NCBI GenBank assembly: GCA_002269645.1
Contig: NIVC01000032.1
Coordinates: forward strand, 372,001 to 436,000
Reading direction: 5' to 3'
From: Macrostomum lignano
Taxonomy: Eukaryota
Length of the DNA: 64,000 bases
Made by a program: the position numbers and the translations under genes. Shown here in pieces: positions 11,116 through 24,005 of the stretch. The notes beneath the pieces were generated by a model. It was not told where the DNA came from and did no database searches. It saw nothing but the letters and a program-made list of their open reading frames with translations. The stretch's first letter is position 1. Each line of letters begins with the position of its first letter.

Positions 11116-11824
11116 CGGAGTGTTTTACTGTTTAGCTGCTCTGCTCTGATGAAGCCATGCAGAGTTAAGGTGAAGCTGGAAACATTCCAAAACATATTGA
11201 TGATAGCTGAAAATCAGATCAACTTACCAACTAAGTTAGCTGTGAGTTTACCTTAATGCTTAGCGTGATTTATTTCCTTGCAAATCAGTTTTCTCTGCGA
11301 CCTGACACGTCACATTTAAATACATTTTTGATAGAGAAAACTTATCTGTCAAATTAGTGACAGGTGTAGTGACAGGCAAAATTTATGACATATACCAGCT
11401 CGATGCCTGTAGTCTGTAGATTGCAGATTTTTGTCGCAGCAATCAACCGCGATGAGAATTTACCTGTTGTTCCCACAGATTAACAGGCGTTTTAAATATT
11501 TGACATTACGCGTGCCACTTGAAAAACGGATAAGTTATTTCTGTGGCCGCTGGCTTCAGCATGACAACCCAGAATTTTGACCGACATGTTTCGAGCAAGT
11601 TTTATGAGGCGAAATATGCATGATATAGCCTGTTATATTTTAGTGACAGGCGATTGTGACTTTGGTTTTAATTAGGGTATTTATGCAAGAACCACTTCCA
11701 CTGAATCGGCTCAATTAAATATCTTGTAGTCTGAATATTAAATCTGACTTTGTTTAAAATTGAAGGCAGAATAGTTATTTATTATTTATATAAACCATTG
11801 ATTAAATGGTTTATTATTATTATT

Positions 11825-12100
11825 TGATTAGACCTGCACCAACGGTTACATGTGCAACCGACAGCTCAGCCGCAGCTTTTGAGCGGTTCAGTCGATAGAA
11901 TGGCCGGGGTGGGGGGGGGGTCGTCACACACAGCCTCAATTACTCCAGCTAATGCTGGCACCCATTTTACAGCTGGGTGAACTGAAGCAATGCAGAGTTA
12001 AGTGTCTTCCTCAAGGACACAAATTGTTCCGAGTGGGTCGAGAATCGAACCCCCGACCGTTCAGTCGTGAGCCCGACGCTCTGACCACTGGACTACGTAA
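11825..12100 (-). mobile_element. SINE family 1, near full length
   Basis: Reverse complement of the 629-910 element: tRNA head, CORE and tail with (AAT)n. Confidence 0.8.
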
Positions 12101-12419
12101 ACACCTTTGTAGCCTATATGTTTTTTTCGAACGAAGCACATGCCTACTTCTTTTGTGATTTGGATTTTCAGAAAGTGAAATATTAAGAATTTAGTGCTAC
12201 AAAGCAGAGTAGCTTCATAGGACAACACGATGTTAACTTCAAGTAATCGTGATGTCTTTTATGACTATACACCAGTTAAAGTTAAGATTATGCGCTACTG
12301 TGCATTAATTGCATCACAACTGTTTGTTCGCACTTGTGGCGGATAATGCGTACTATATGTACTTTTAAATCTGCAGTCGCAATCATGAATTGGTGAATGA
12401 AGATCGAAGCTATTTTGCT

Positions 12420-12630
12420 TGCAGAATGAGAATCTGCTGGTTGCAGAATGAGGACCTGTTGTTCGCAGAAGGAGTACCTGTTGGTTGCAAAATGAAGGTC
12501 ACTGGTTGCAGAATGAATACCTGTTGGTTGCAGAATAAGTACCTGTTGGTTGCAGAATGAGTACCTGTTGGTTGCGGAATGAATACCTATCGGTTGCAGA
12601 TTGAGTACCTGTTGGTTGCAGAATGAGTGC
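12420..12630. repeat. 22-bp minisatellite (GTTGGTTGCAGAATGAGTACCT)n
   Basis: About 9 degenerate tandem copies. Confidence 0.85.
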
Positions 12631-13239
12631 ACGATTATCTGTTGTTTGAAAAGTTAGACTGTGAGCAAAACGTTTAGCAAAATAAATTATAAATGAAACA
12701 GGTGTAAGAAATATATGAATATTTCGATTGTAAATTTAGAGTTGGCATGAATAACGAAAAAGATTCATATTGGCAATAAGTTTCTGTTCTGAAATACGCT
12801 ATGGCTACGCAGTGCAAAAGGCCACATCGCCAATAGAGAATGATAAGAACCCAGCTCAAAGAAGCCAAACGGACCATATTGCTTTAATCCATATGACGCT
12901 TTCCCAGCAACTAAAAGTAATTTTAATGCAAGTCTACCCACCGATGCAGCTGATAAAAGCGTGTAACGCGCAACAGACAGGTGAACAGATTAGGGACTTT
13001 TTAAAAGTACATTATATTTTTTTCATAGGATTTGTTCAACAATAAAAGCTTGCGCAAAGTTTTTAATAACTAGAAATCTTAGCAAGCGGATTAATACGAG
13101 GTGGAACTTAAATTTTAATTTGTTTCAGGGAGCTGAACCAAGGTAACTGAGACACGTGCACTAACATCAGACACAGACAGGCTTGCACATATTGACACCA
13201 CAAGACAAGATACAGACACTAAATACAAGGACACGGAAA

Positions 13240-15615
13240 CAGACATCTAGACACCAATGACAGCCAGACACTTCAAGACACACATTTAGACACCAAGGAC
13301 AGCCAGACACCTCAAGACAGACATCTAGACAACAAGGACAGCCAGACACTTCAAGACAGACATCTAGACACCAAGGACAACCAGACACTTCGACACATCT
13401 AGACACCAATGACAGCCAGACACTTCAAGACAGACATCTAGACAACCAAGGACAGCCAGACACTTTGTTCGACACATCTAGACACCAAGGACAGCCAGAC
13501 TCTTCGACACATCTAGACACCAAGGACAGCCAGACACTTCAAGACACACATCTAGACACCAAGGACACACATCTAGACACCAAAGACAGCCAGACACCTC
13601 AAGACAGACATCTAGACACCAAGGACAGCCAGACACTTCAAGACACACATCTAGACACCAAGGACAACAAGACACTTCGACACATCTAGACACCAATGAC
13701 AGCCAGACACCTCAAGACAGACATCTAGACACCAAGGACAGCCAGACACTTTGTTCGACACATCTAGACACCAAGGACAGCCAGACTCATCTAGACACCA
13801 AGACACCAAGACATCTAGACACCAAGGACAGCCAGACACTTCAAGACAGACATCTAGACACCAGGGACAGCCGGACACTTTGTTCGACACATCTAGACAC
13901 CAAAGACAGCCAGACACCTCAAGACAGACATCTAGACACCAGGGACAGCCAGACACTTTGTTCGACACATCTAGACACCAAGGACAGCCAGACACTTTGT
14001 TCGACACATCTAGACACCAAGGACAGCCAGACACTTCAAGACAGACATCTAGACACCAGGGACAGCCAGACACTTTGTTCGACACATCTAGACACCAAAG
14101 ACAGCCAGACACCTCAAGACAGACATCTAGACACCAGGGACAGCCAGACACTTTGTTCGACACATCTAGACACCAAGGACAGCCAGACACTTTGTTCGAC
14201 ACATCTAGACACCAAGGACAGCCAGACACTTCAAGACAGACATCTAGACACCAAGGACAGCCAGACACTTCAAGACACACATCTAGACACCAAGGACACA
14301 CATCTAGACACCAAAGACAGCCAGACACCTCAAGACAGACATCTAGACACCAAGGACAGCCAGACACTTCAAGACACACATCTAGACACCAAGGACAACA
14401 AGACACTTCGACACATCTAGACACCAATGACAGCCAGACACCTCAAGACAGACATCTAGACACCAAGGACAGCCAGACACTTTGTTCGACACATCTAGAC
14501 ACCAAGGACAGCCAGACTCATCTAGACACCAAGACACCAAGACATCTAGACACCAAGGACAGCCAGACACTTCAAGACAGACATCTAGACACCAGGGACA
14601 GCCGGACACTTTGTTCGACACATCTAGACACCAAAGACAGCCAGACACCTCAAGACAGACATCTAGACACCAGGGACAGCCAGACACTTTGTTCGACACA
14701 TCTAGACACCAAGGACAGCCAGACACTTTGTTCGACACATCTAGACACCAAGGACAGCCAGACACTTCAAGACAGACATCTAGACACCAGGGACAGCCAG
14801 ACACTTTGTTCGACACATCTAGACACCAAAGACAGCCAGACACCTCAAGACAGACATCTAGACACCAGGGACAGCCAGACACTTTGTTCGACACATCTAG
14901 ACACCAAGGACAGCCAGACACTTTGTTCGACACATCTAGACACCAAGGACAGCCAGACACTTCAAGACAGACATCTAGACACCAAGGACAGCCAGACACT
15001 TCAAGACAGACATCTAGACACCAAGGACAGCCAGACACTTCAAGACAGACATCTAGACACCAAGGACAGCCAGACACCTCAAGACAGACATCTAGACACC
15101 AGGGACAGCCAGACACTTTGTTCGACACATCTAGACACCAGGGACAGCCAGACACTTTGTTCGACACATCTAGACACCAAGGACAGCCAGACACTTCAAG
15201 ACAGACATCTAGACACCAAGGACAGCCAGACACTTCAAGACAGACATCTAGACACCAAGGACAGCCAGACACTTCAAGACAGACATCTAGACACCAAGGA
15301 CAGCCAGACACTTCAAGACAGACATCTAGACACCAAGGACAGCCAGACACTTCAAGACAGACATCTAGACACCAAGGACAGCCAGACACTTCAAGACAGA
15401 CATCTAGACACCAAGGACAGCCAGACACTTCAAGACACACATCTAGACACGAAGGACAGCCAGACACTTCAAGACAGACATCTAGACAACCAAGGACAAC
15501 CAGACACTTCAAGACAGACATCTAGACACCAAGGACAACCAGACACTTCGACACATCTAGACACCAATGACAGCCAGACACTTCAAGACAGACATCTAGA
15601 CAACCAAGGACAGAC
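13240..15615. repeat. 39-bp satellite (GACAGCCAGACACTTCAAGACAGACATCTAGACACCAAG)n with ~731-bp higher-order duplication
   Basis: About 60 units. An identical variant series starts at 13751 and 14482. Lies between a donor (AAG|GTAACT, 13143) and an acceptor (CTTCAG|, 15664) upstream of the paralogue B ATG. Confidence 0.95.
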
Positions 15616-15669
15616 TGAAAAGGCAATTAAAAGTACAAATTTTTGTTCAACCTCTCCACTTCAGCCGAA

Positions 15670-17583
15670 ATGCTGCATCTTCTAGTCATAGCCAGTTTGT
15701 GCTTGACTTCGCTGGCCGGGCCAGCCCAGCACAGCAGCCCGCAGATTCAGGCCAACCAACAGATGGACGCCATCATCAGAGTCCTGACTAAGACTCTAAA
15801 AGAGACCAACAATCACATAGTGAACGTCGTTGACGAGAAGATCAGCTTCAGCAAGAAGGTCCTGCTCGTGACCATCACTGGCTCCGCTTCGATCTTCGGC
15901 CAGTTGGGCGACCTGTCAACTCTTCGCCGAGTTGGCGACGCCCATCTGTCGCTGTCTGGCCGCGTCATGACCCTCCAAGGCGTGTTCGGAGCCGACATCG
16001 GAGGCAACCTGAAGGCCGCGGTGTCCTGGAACGGCATCGACGTGGCCGCCGGCGTGGGCGTCACGCTGAAAGACTTCCGAGCCTTCATGCGGGCGACTCA
16101 AAATCTGGGTTCCCCAGGTTCGATTCCTGATTTGCAGGAGGTTCGACTGCAGAGCATTGGTGCCCTGAGCCTGTCTATCCTCGGATTGGGCGTGCTGGAA
16201 TGGGTGAGCTAACAGGACGGCCGGAGATTGAAGGTCACTGGGCTTTGAGACAGGCAGCGACATCAAAGAGCACAGATGATTAGTAGGTCAGGCGGAAACA
16301 TCAAGAGTTCAGATGAATATGATTAAGCTAGTCGACAACATCAAAGAACACAGATTAAACTAGGCGGCAACATCAAAGAGCACAGATGATTAAGCTAGGC
16401 GGCAGCATCAGAATTCAGATGATTATAGCTAAGCTAGGCGGCAGCATCAGAGTTCAGATGATTATAGCTAAGCTAGGCGGCAACATCAAAGAGTTCAGAT
16501 GATTATAGCTAAGCTAGGCGGCAACATCAGAGTTCAGATGATTATAGCTAAGCTAGGCGGCAACATCAGAGTTCAGATGATTATAGCTAAGCTAGGCGGC
16601 AACATCAGAGTTCAGATGATTATAGCTAAGCTAGGCGGCAACATCAAAGAGCACAGATGATTAGGCTAGGCGGCAGCATCAGAGTTCAGATGATTATAGC
16701 TAAGCTAGGCGGCAACATCAGAGTTCAGATGATTATAGCTAAGCTAGGCGGCAACATCAGAGTTCAGATGATTATAGCTAAGCTAGGCGGCAACATCAAA
16801 GAGCACAGATGATTAGGCTAGGCGGCAGCATCAGAGTTCAGATGATTATAGCTAAGCTAGGCGGCAACATCAAAGAGTTCAGATGATTATAGCTAAGCTA
16901 GGCGGCCACATCAAAGAGTTCAGATGATTATAGCTAAGCTAGGCGGCAACATCAAAGAGTTCAGATGATTATAGCTAAGCTAGGCGGCCATATCAAAGAG
17001 TTCAGGTGATTATAGCTAAGCTAGGCGGCCACATCAAAGAGTTCAGATGATTATAGCTAAGCTATAGGCGGCAACATCAAAGAGTTCAGATGATTATAGC
17101 TAAGCTAGGCGGCAACATCAGAGTTCAGATGATTATAGCTAAGCTAGGCGGCAACATCAGAGTTCAGATGATTATAGCTAAGCTAGGCGGCAACATCAGA
17201 GTTCAGATGATTATAGCTAAGCTAGGCGGCAACATCAAAGAGCACAGATGATTAGGCTAGGCGGCAGCATCAGAGTTCAGATGATTATAGCTAAGCTAGG
17301 CGGCAACATCAAAGAATTCAGATGATTATACGCTCGTAATTAGGATAGGCGGCAACATCAAAGAGTTCAGATGACTATAATTTAGCTAGGCGGCAACTTC
17401 AACGATCACTAAAATTTGCATCAATATTACTCTCAACGCATATCCCCATCGACTCCGCAGGTGTTCGGACCAATCAGCAACGCTATGCTGGACATCCTAA
17501 TCAAGGTGATGGACAGCTGGGTCGGGACGCAGCTATTTAACATCTTGAAAACTGTTCTTCGGCTAATTGGTCAGCTGGGCTAA
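15670..17583 (+). CDS. Secreted protein, paralogue B (TULIP / Der p 7-like), 218 aa
   Basis: Exons 15670-16203 and 17461-17583, same phase-0 intron position as paralogue A. Signal peptide. Roughly half identical to A by eye (ANQQMD, FSKKV, GSASI.GQLGDLST.RR.GDA.LS). Confidence 0.8.
16250..17400. repeat. 39/41-bp minisatellite (GAGTTCAGATGATTATAGCTAAGCTAGGCGGCAACATCA)n filling paralogue B intron
   Basis: About 28 tandem units. Confidence 0.95.
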
Positions 17584-18239
17584 TCTGGCAAATCAATTAA
17601 TGTTACGAAATGAGGTTTATTGTCCAACAAATTAAATAGGAACTTTTCAGAGTGTAATGCGAAATAAAAAATTAAGCTTGGGCAATTGAAATCAAGCATT
17701 TTGACTTCTTTATTATTCATTTATTTCTTTAATTTTGCCATTAACGCTTGCTAAAGCAGACATAAAAAAATGTAACGATAATTATCACAGATTTCTTGGC
17801 AGAAAGTACATCAATAATTATCGTTATAAATACGTATAAATATTATAGAAAGCATGACAAACCAGATCAGCAACAGAAAACCAAGAAAAAGCACAGAGAG
17901 AAGCCAATAGAAGATTACTTATCAAAAAATAAATCGTGCAAAACAGTATAATTATTGGGAATATTCTTCTTATCCTCAACATACTACTTTAGGCAAGTAG
18001 CTTTGACGCCAGCATTAAAGAGCAAAAATATTTTATTTAAAAGTTTAACAAATAAAGTGTGAGCAACACAGCGTGTTGTTGCAAGGAAAACCATTGAAAT
18101 TGTGGAATGCACTGATTTTTTATTGAGGAGTTCTGGACGGAGTTTGAGTTAATAAAATTAATAAGCAGGAAAACAGCGCAATGAAAACCAACATCAAAGA
18201 ATTTATGCATTGGGGAATCTTGCATAGGGAAACAAATTC

Positions 18240-18590
18240 ATTGAGTAACCTGCTTAACTGGGGAAATTCAAAATTGGGGCATCTTAAATTGGGAAATCCT
18301 TGAAACCGAATAATTCTACAATGGAGAATCCCCATATTGGGAATCCTCAATTTGGAATCCCTAACTCTTGAGTCCTAAATTGGTCTTAAACTGGGAAATC
18401 CCTAAATTGGGGAATCCCTAAACTGGGAAATCCCTAAATTGGGGAATCCCTAAACAGAAAAATCCTAAAACTAGGGAATTATTAATAAGGGAATCCCTAA
18501 CTCTGGGTTCCTATATTGAGGAATCCCTAAACTGGAAAATCCCTTCTAGGAAATCTCTTTAGGTGAATTCCTACAATTCGGAATCATTCA
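18240..18590. repeat. Degenerate GGGAATCCC/CCCTAA repeat
   Basis: Repeating GGGAAATCCCTAAATTGGGGAATCCCTAAACT (32-bp dimer) with degenerate flanks. Confidence 0.6.
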
Positions 18591-18944
18591 GAGAATTCTA
18601 TAAAAGCACAAGTTTAAAACAAACCACACGCACAAGCAAACAGAAATAGTAAAAAATTAACTCAAGTAGAAAAGGCGAATTAAGAATTCAAAGGGAAGAT
18701 TAGGCAATTAAGAAAACACGAACAGAAATCTTAAAGACACAATTTACTAGGGCATGCAAAAGAAAGCAAAACGCTTTTAAAGTTGTTCTCATATTTTTCA
18801 ACGAAGTCATTAGGCAGCCTTATGCGCTAAAAAACAAACAAAGCAAGAAAGAAAGAGATGAACAAAAACAAACAACTGGATCTAAGGCAAATGATGATAT
18901 AAACCCGAATCTTAGACGCCAACTAAGTTCAGTTTGTTCTCAAA

Positions 18945-21900
18945 TTAACGAGGCTTCTTATTAGTTGAACCGGTACCGCGGAGGCTAAGACTGGCCGACG
19001 GTGAGGTCATTTCGGCGTCCCGAGGGGTCAGCGGCACCACAACCAGGTCCATGCTGACGTCGACGGCCTCGCCTGTCGCAGCCTGAATGAGTGATTTGTG
19101 AAGATTAGGGTTGGTGAAGCTTAGGGTTGGTGAAGATTGGGGTTGGTGAAGCTCAGGGTTGGTGAAATGTAGGGTTGGTGAAACTTAGGGTTGGTGAAGC
19201 TTAGGGTTGGTGAAACTTAGGGTTGGTGAAGCTTAGGGTTGGTGAAGATTAGGGTTGGTGAAGATTAGGATTTGTGAAGATTAGAGTTGGTGGAGCTTAG
19301 GATTGGTGAAGATTAGGGTTGGTGAAGATTAGGGTTGGGATTGGCGAAGATTAGGGTTGGTGATGAAGAATAGGGTTAGTGAAGCTTAGGGTTGGTGAAG
19401 CTTAGGGTTGGTGAAGCTTAGGATTGGTGAAGATTAGGGTTGGTGAAGATTAGGGTTGGGATTGGTGAAGATTAGGGTTGTTGATGAAGAATAGGATTAG
19501 TGAAGAATAGGGTTGGTGAAAAGTAGGGTTGGTGAAGTTTAGGGTTGGTGATGAAGAATAGGATTGGTGAAAAGTAGGGTTGGTGAAGTTTAGGGTTGGT
19601 GATGAAGATTAGGATTGGTGAAGCTTAGGGTTGGCGAAGATTAGGGTTGGTGAAATGTAGGGTTGGTGAAACTTAGGGTTGGTGAAACTTAGGGTTGGTG
19701 AAACTTAGGGTTGGTGAAGATTAGGGTTGGGATTGGCGAAGATTAGGGTTGGTGATGAAGAATAGGGTTAGTGAAGAATAGGGTTGGTGAAGTTTAGGGT
19801 TGGTGATGAAGATTAGGATTGTTGAAGCTTAGGGTTGGCGAAGATTAGGGTTGGTGAAGCTCAGGGTTGGTGAAATGTAGGGTTGGTGAAGCTTAGGATT
19901 GGTGAAACTTAGGGTTGGTGAAACTTCTGGTTTGTGAAGTTATATGTTAACACACTTACCCTTTTATAATCTAGCATAGCCTCTTTGAAAGCGACAAAGT
20001 CTGTTATAGTGAATAGCATCTCGAATACTTCGCCTTCTAGTTGGTCTTTTCGCTCTCTATAAAATAAAATTGATACGATTGATGTTATTACTAATATATA
20101 TCCTACTTCCTACTATATATACATAATTAACAGAAACAAGTGGAGATTCAATTTACGTCAACTCGTGAGCGAAACGTTCCATTGAAAAGTCCTCAATTCG
20201 TTGGCTTAATTCCGTTTCCAGATGGCGTTCAAGGGTCGCCACCTGTGTAAAAATTATCAGTCAATAATTTTTAAATGTTGATAATGTTATTAAAATATTC
20301 AAAATGAAGAAAAAACACGGGACTCTTACATATTCAGCGTGTATATTAGTGTACTCAAGCTGGTTCTCCTCAGACTCTGAGAATAGGTGACTGTAATTGC
20401 TAAAGAAGCTGTTTTGGAGCTCTTGAAATGCGTCCTCTGTAAGGGAAGCGGTTGATTCATATTTAGCTATTTTCTATAGGACAAGAGGCAAGATTGTTAC
20501 TGCTGTTTATGACCAATTGTCACTGCTGTTTATGACCGATTGTCATGCTGTTTATGACCGATTGTGATGCTGTTTATGACCGATTGTTATTGCTGTTTAT
20601 GACCGATTGTTATTGCTGTTTTTGACCGATTGTTACTGCTTTTTATGGCCGATTGTTATTGCTGCTTATGGCCGATTGTTATTGCTGCTTATGGCCGATT
20701 GTTATTGCTGCTTATGACCGATTGTCGTTGCTGTTTTTGACCGATTGTTACTGCTTTTTATGACCGATTGTGATGCTGTTTATGACCGATTGTCGCTGCA
20801 GTTTATGACCAATTGTCACTGCTGTTTATGACCGATTGTTATTGCTGTTTATGACCGATTGTCGTTGCTGTTTATGACCGATTGTGATGCTGTTTATGAC
20901 CGATTGTCGCTGCTGTTTATGACCAATTGTCACTGCTGTTTATGACCGATTGTTATTGCTGTTTATGACCGATTGTTACTGCTGCTTATGACCGATTTTT
21001 ATTACTTTTTATGCATAAGTTTGAAAACTATTTTATTACAATTTATGAAGATATTTCACTGAACAGTGAATAAATAATTCATTTACTTACCAACCATAAT
21101 GTCTTCAATGTGGCCAATGGCCTCATCAAATAAACTAACTGGTGCATGGGATTGAATGTCAATATCATCTTCGTCGCCAATAAAATCCACTTGGTCTAGC
21201 AGTGATGATCCATCTATATTGAATGGTGTTGGGTTTTTTTAAAGGATTACTAAGTAAAAAAGGCATTTGGATAACAAACAAGCAAATCAAGGAAATAAAA
21301 AGAAGTTATGCACATAAAGTCTGGAGTATAAAGCCTATTTTAACAATACTATAGCAAATATTGCAACTACCATATACTTATCTACTTTGGTGCAATGGCT
21401 ATAACTTTCTATTAAATATCTGTAGTAGATCAATGCCAAGCACAAGAGATCCTAATATACAGTGGTAACAATATGGAATATTGCTATATTGCTATAGTCA
21501 TTATCATTTAAGGCCTAAGATTAGAATTAGGTGGGTTCAAAAATCTGTAGGCTTTAACAACTAGCTACAAAATATAATGAAATATAATCAAAATATTTGA
21601 TAGACATGATTGGTCTAATTTAGAATACAATAGCAAAGGTATCAACAAATCAGAATGCAATAGGAGAATCAATGAATTGACATATAGCAAATTTTTAAGA
21701 GTTCACTATGATGTGACATTTTGTTAGATTTTTATATAAAACTCCAGTGATAGGCATTGCTAAATTTATTTTTAGTGCCACTAATTAGCACTGTTGCTAA
21801 TTGATATAAGAAAAAAAATTGCGATTGCTAATAGTGGGCACTATTTCTACTTTGAATTTAGCACAATTAGCGCTGCTAATTTTGAAATGCACTAATTAAT

Positions 21901-23319
21901 AAATAAATTTAATATAAACTGCCACTTCACATGTATTTATGTGTTTTTGCACATTTTTAACTCACATGTTTTTAAATGAATATGCTAATAATGCTATTGC
22001 TAATAATTTGTTTACATTATCAATCCTAATAAAAATCCTCAAGCTGCTGAACTGTCAGAGCAACAGTTGGTAGAAAGAGTTCCTAAATTACAATGCTGTT
22101 TGCCTTGAAAAATGTCAAGGGCACTTGGTACCAGGGCCATGGCCTTCTTATACTCAAGAAGGAAGGCGAGATCATTAGCTTGAAATAGTGGTTTGGGATT
22201 TATTAACCCCACCATCACCCTGTCGATATAGCCTGTCGCTTTGCATCATTGCTTAGAATATCAACTGAGCTGAACATTGAATTCTTTGATTAAATTATTA
22301 AATTAAATTAAATTAATCAACAACTTTTTGCAAATGAATTAAAAGTAATAAGAAAACTTTTGAAAGTCAATGACAAAAACAATATTAATTGTTGATAATT
22401 AAAGTAAAAAAAATCAAATTTTGTTTTGCATTTCTAAGTAAATGAGAAACATTAGAGATTTAGTAATAGGTAGATTATGTAATCTTTAACTTATTACTCA
22501 AATAGGGTCTCATTCTAAGTATTAAACAGTCATTAACCATCAAGTTTTATAGGAAAAAATGAATTTAGTGCAATTAGCAATTTTCAAAAAATATTAGTGG
22601 CACTTTGATAGTGTGTGCTAATTGGAATTTCAATTTAGTAGAATTAGTGGCATTAACAAAATTTTAGCGGCACTTTAACAGAATTCAAATTTAGCAGCGC
22701 TAGTGCCCATCACTACAAAATTCAATATTGACTTTTGTGAAGAAACTTGGATTTATTGTTTTATTTTTTAAATGTTTATTAGGCCTATTAGTATTAATAA
22801 TAATTTTATATTTCAACTTTGCCAAACACTTAAAGTTTAATTTAATCTTTTTGTTTTTAAAATGATCATTTTTAAATACACTATTGATCAAATCAAATAA
22901 GTTTAGTTTGTAATTTTTTGACAGTATAGAGCATTAACAAATTGAGGTTGCAATTGCATCACCACTAAAGACAATTTTTGTTTTTTAGGTTTCTCCCAAG
23001 TGTCTAGAAAAATAAAAAAATAAAATCAGAAGTATTTTAGGCCTATTAATATCATGATCAACATTTACTTAAAGAAGTCTCAAATTCAAAATATTTAAAA
23101 ATGTCCTTGGAGTCTCTTAAAATTTACTAAAATAATATTTATACAACTAGCTACGTCTATCTATAGCTTGTATATCAAGCTGTGTATTTTATAGAATACT
23201 ATAGGAACCAAATAGGAATAGTATAGTATAGACCTAGCGCCTAGGGCTAGCTTACCTTGTCGCTGATTACTAGATGAACTTTTTGGCTTATTATTCCTGG
23301 CTGGTTGAGAATTAGACAT
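18945..23319 (-). CDS. ARL2BP: ADP-ribosylation factor-like 2-binding protein (BART), 204 aa, 6 exons
   Basis: Exons 23256-23319, 21091-21213, 20330-20436, 20157-20242, 19960-20056 and 18945-19082. All GT-AG, frame-consistent (615 nt). FDEAIGHIEDIM..FQELQNSF..EENQLEYT.IHAEY..GEVFEMLFTITDFVAFKEAMLDY matches the BART family. Confidence 0.9.
19100..19935. repeat. 16-bp TTAGGG-containing minisatellite (GAAGATTAGGGTTGGT)n filling the last ARL2BP intron
   Basis: About 50 units occupying about 835 of the 877-bp intron. Confidence 0.95.
20505..21000. repeat. 23-bp minisatellite (TGCTGTTTATGACCGATTGTTAT)n in ARL2BP intron 2
   Basis: About 21 units. Confidence 0.95.
21745..22715. mobile_element. Older degenerate hAT-like MITE in ARL2BP intron 1
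   Basis: Imperfect TIR CAGTGATAGGCA..GCTAAATTT / (rc) TAGTGATGGGCA..GCTAAATTT with subterminal TTAGCA repeats. Flanks TAAAACTC vs CAAAATTC (6/8 match, decayed 8-bp TSD). Confidence 0.55.
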
Positions 23320-23851
23320 GTTTGGGATAGGCCTAGGAAAATTGCAAAATTATGAATTCCACTTAATTCAAACACTGAGAACACTGAGACACCTAGAAAG
23401 AAGCTACAGAACAGAAACGTAAAAAATCTTCCAATAGAAACTGAAAAATGGAATTACTTTAGAAAATTTAGAAAATAGGTAGGCCTATTCTATTTATAAA
23501 ATGCAATTTTTTAGTAAACCTTAAAAACAGGCCTAGTTGCAAAATAGAAATTGAAAAATTTTACTACCTAACACAGTGGCACTTTATACTAAAAATTCTG
23601 CGGCCTATGACATATGAGTCCAATGTCTTAGGATACCTCGTTCAAATTGTATTGTATTGTATTAATGCACGGTTTTTTTGCAAATTCTCTACAGCTGTTA
23701 TGTTTGAATTTTTGTAGTATTTTGTTAAAACAAACTTTAAGCGCAAAATCTATTTATTTCTTTTTAAATTTGTAGGTATTGCTTTTGTAGTAGTAAATTT
23801 TATAAACAATTAGTTTAAAAACAACTAAAAGATTAACATGATATAGAAAAA

Positions 23852-23903
23852 AGAACTTTCTAGAAGTTTCTTTGCATCATTTCGAACGTCGTATTTATAT
23901 AAA
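23852..23903 (+). promoter_or_regulatory. Heat-shock element (4 inverted nGAAn units) and TATA box of DNAJB
   Basis: aGAActTTCtaGAAgtTTCt at 23852-23871 and TATATAAA at 23896-23903, about 100 bp upstream of the DnaJ ATG. Confidence 0.85.
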
Positions 23904-24005
23904 TAAAGACGCCAGATATGCGCCGCTCCTGTTTAAGATTCTGCTTATTATCTCGGCTGATATTTTTCTCGACGAAACTACAGCTACGTTCTGCATTCAC
24001 TTACC

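Noticed and set aside
11140-11185. Hammerhead-like CTGATGA...GAAAC
   Set aside because: Stem II cannot close correctly, and the segment is explained as a reverse-complement SINE CORE fragment.
13167-15685. Long ORFs (up to 644 aa) on both strands
   Set aside because: Produced by a 39-bp (multiple of 3) satellite. Several frames are open at once, and the region lies in a probable 5'-UTR intron.
19100-19935. True telomere or chromosome-fusion scar
   Set aside because: TTAGGG is embedded in a 16-bp unit within an intron, not a pure (TTAGGG)n tract, and there is no head-to-head junction.
22960-23004. Extra ARL2BP exon (DTWEKPKKTKIVFS)
   Set aside because: Good acceptor but no convincing donor, and the gene is frame-complete without it.
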